Below, piece after piece: positions 63,301 through 64,000 of a stretch of 64,000 bases of DNA. The stretch's first letter is position 1; each line of letters begins with the position of its first letter. The notes beneath the pieces were generated by a model that saw only the letters and a program-made list of their open reading frames with translations, was not told where the DNA came from and did no database searches. The DNA lies in NCBI GenBank assembly GCA_965203295.1, contig CBDBCZ010000019.1:1760001-1824000 (forward strand), given 5' to 3'. Both the position numbers and the translations under genes were made by a program. This DNA is from Nitrospirales bacterium (GTDB taxonomy: Bacteria; Nitrospirota; Nitrospiria; Nitrospirales; UBA8639).

Positions 63301-64000
63301 CAGGCATTACCCTTAACCAAGTCAATGCGCATTGGTCCGAGCGAACGCTCCTGAAATACGGAGCAATCTCTATCTTTTTGCATCTCTTCGCATTGACTCT
63401 ATTCGGTCTCGTTCCGAACACACAATCAGACAAACCATTCAGTCCTTTAGTCAACGTCAGGCTTATAGAATCCAAGTCTTCTTCAGAAGGAGAGTCTCAG
63501 GAAGAGTCACCCACACCTCTAATGAAACATATCAAGCCATCACCTGTCCCAAGCCCGAAACCACTGACGACAGGTCAATTTACTACGAAAGCTGCTCCTC
63601 TCCAATTGACAGCACAGACTATCATGCAACCTGTCCACGTGGAGCGAAAACCTTTGCAACAGACTCCTCGTCGGATCCTTAAAGATACCCACGCGACAAA
63701 CGCACTAAGAATGCGTAGCCTTCTCAAGGTAGCCTCCTCTCGTTATCAAATGATGGCATCCCGCACACCCCCCCTAACTGAAGCACAGCTCGACTTGGCG
63801 ACTCACATCACTCAACCAGTGGTTCCTTATATTGCCTCAACTTCCCGAACCACTCATTCTCAACCTTCACTTTCCAGACACGTTTCGCGACCGAATCTCC
63901 TTATGGCCAAACCTCCTGGATCTACGGTCATTTCGCGATCAAAGGCAGGATGGGGACGGACGATTCCACCAATATATCCCCTGGTAGCTCGCGAACAAGG
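63297..64000 (+). CDS. Second TonB-family protein (runs off the window end)
   Basis: Open frame from ATG 63297: TM anchor with SIFLH motif, Pro-rich linker, then TIPPIYPLVAREQG. Confidence 0.85.
   Translation, partial: MTGITLNQVNAHWSERTLLKYGAISIFLHLFALTLFGLVPNTQSDKPFSPLVNVRLIESKSSSEGESQEESPTPLMKHIKPSPVPSPKPLTTGQFTTKAAPLQLTAQTIMQPVHVERKPLQQTPRRILKDTHATNALRMRSLLKVASSRYQMMASRTPPLTEAQLDLATHITQPVVPYIASTSRTTHSQPSLSRHVSRPNLLMAKPPGSTVISRSKAGWGRTIPPIYPLVAREQ

Noticed and set aside
1..64000. CRISPR array or cas genes linked to the CHAT protease
   Set aside because: No regularly spaced direct repeats or cas-like ORFs were seen in the window.

Overview
Bacterial chromosomal window, most consistent with a Nitrospirota (Nitrospirales-like) genome, inferred from the MidA-nuoA..N-secA context, an rpoD paralog and several Nitrospira-type hypothetical proteins. 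The right half is mostly intact housekeeping: msrP, a 1-Cys peroxiredoxin, a complete nuoA-N operon preceded by a MidA/NDUFAF7 methyltransferase, secA, and TonB-TPR-TonB. The left and centre are accessory and heavily eroded by nonsense codons, frameshifts, deletions and small tandem duplications. Main features not shown by the ORF track: (1) a decayed integron with an intI 3' remnant pointing towards attI (inverted-integrase layout), one clear attC and 2-3 cassettes (a membrane/coiled-coil protein, an Mrr-like nuclease, a SnoaL-like fragment); (2) beside it, a promoter plus the 5' stub of a tRNA-Leu, and two related transposase 3'-end remnants bracketing two foreign methyltransferases; (3) a roughly 7.8 kb fragmented gene for a probably exported PD40/TolB-TPR-pseudoCHAT-TPR-CHAT protease, in an operon with DUF1318, SH3 and M48 proteins; (4) three copies of a roughly 190 bp structured repeat with compensatory base changes, one inverted relative to shared flanks; (5) several unexplained intergenic hairpin systems. 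No CRISPR array, rRNA or intact tRNA was seen. All family assignments are from motif recognition by eye, not database searches.
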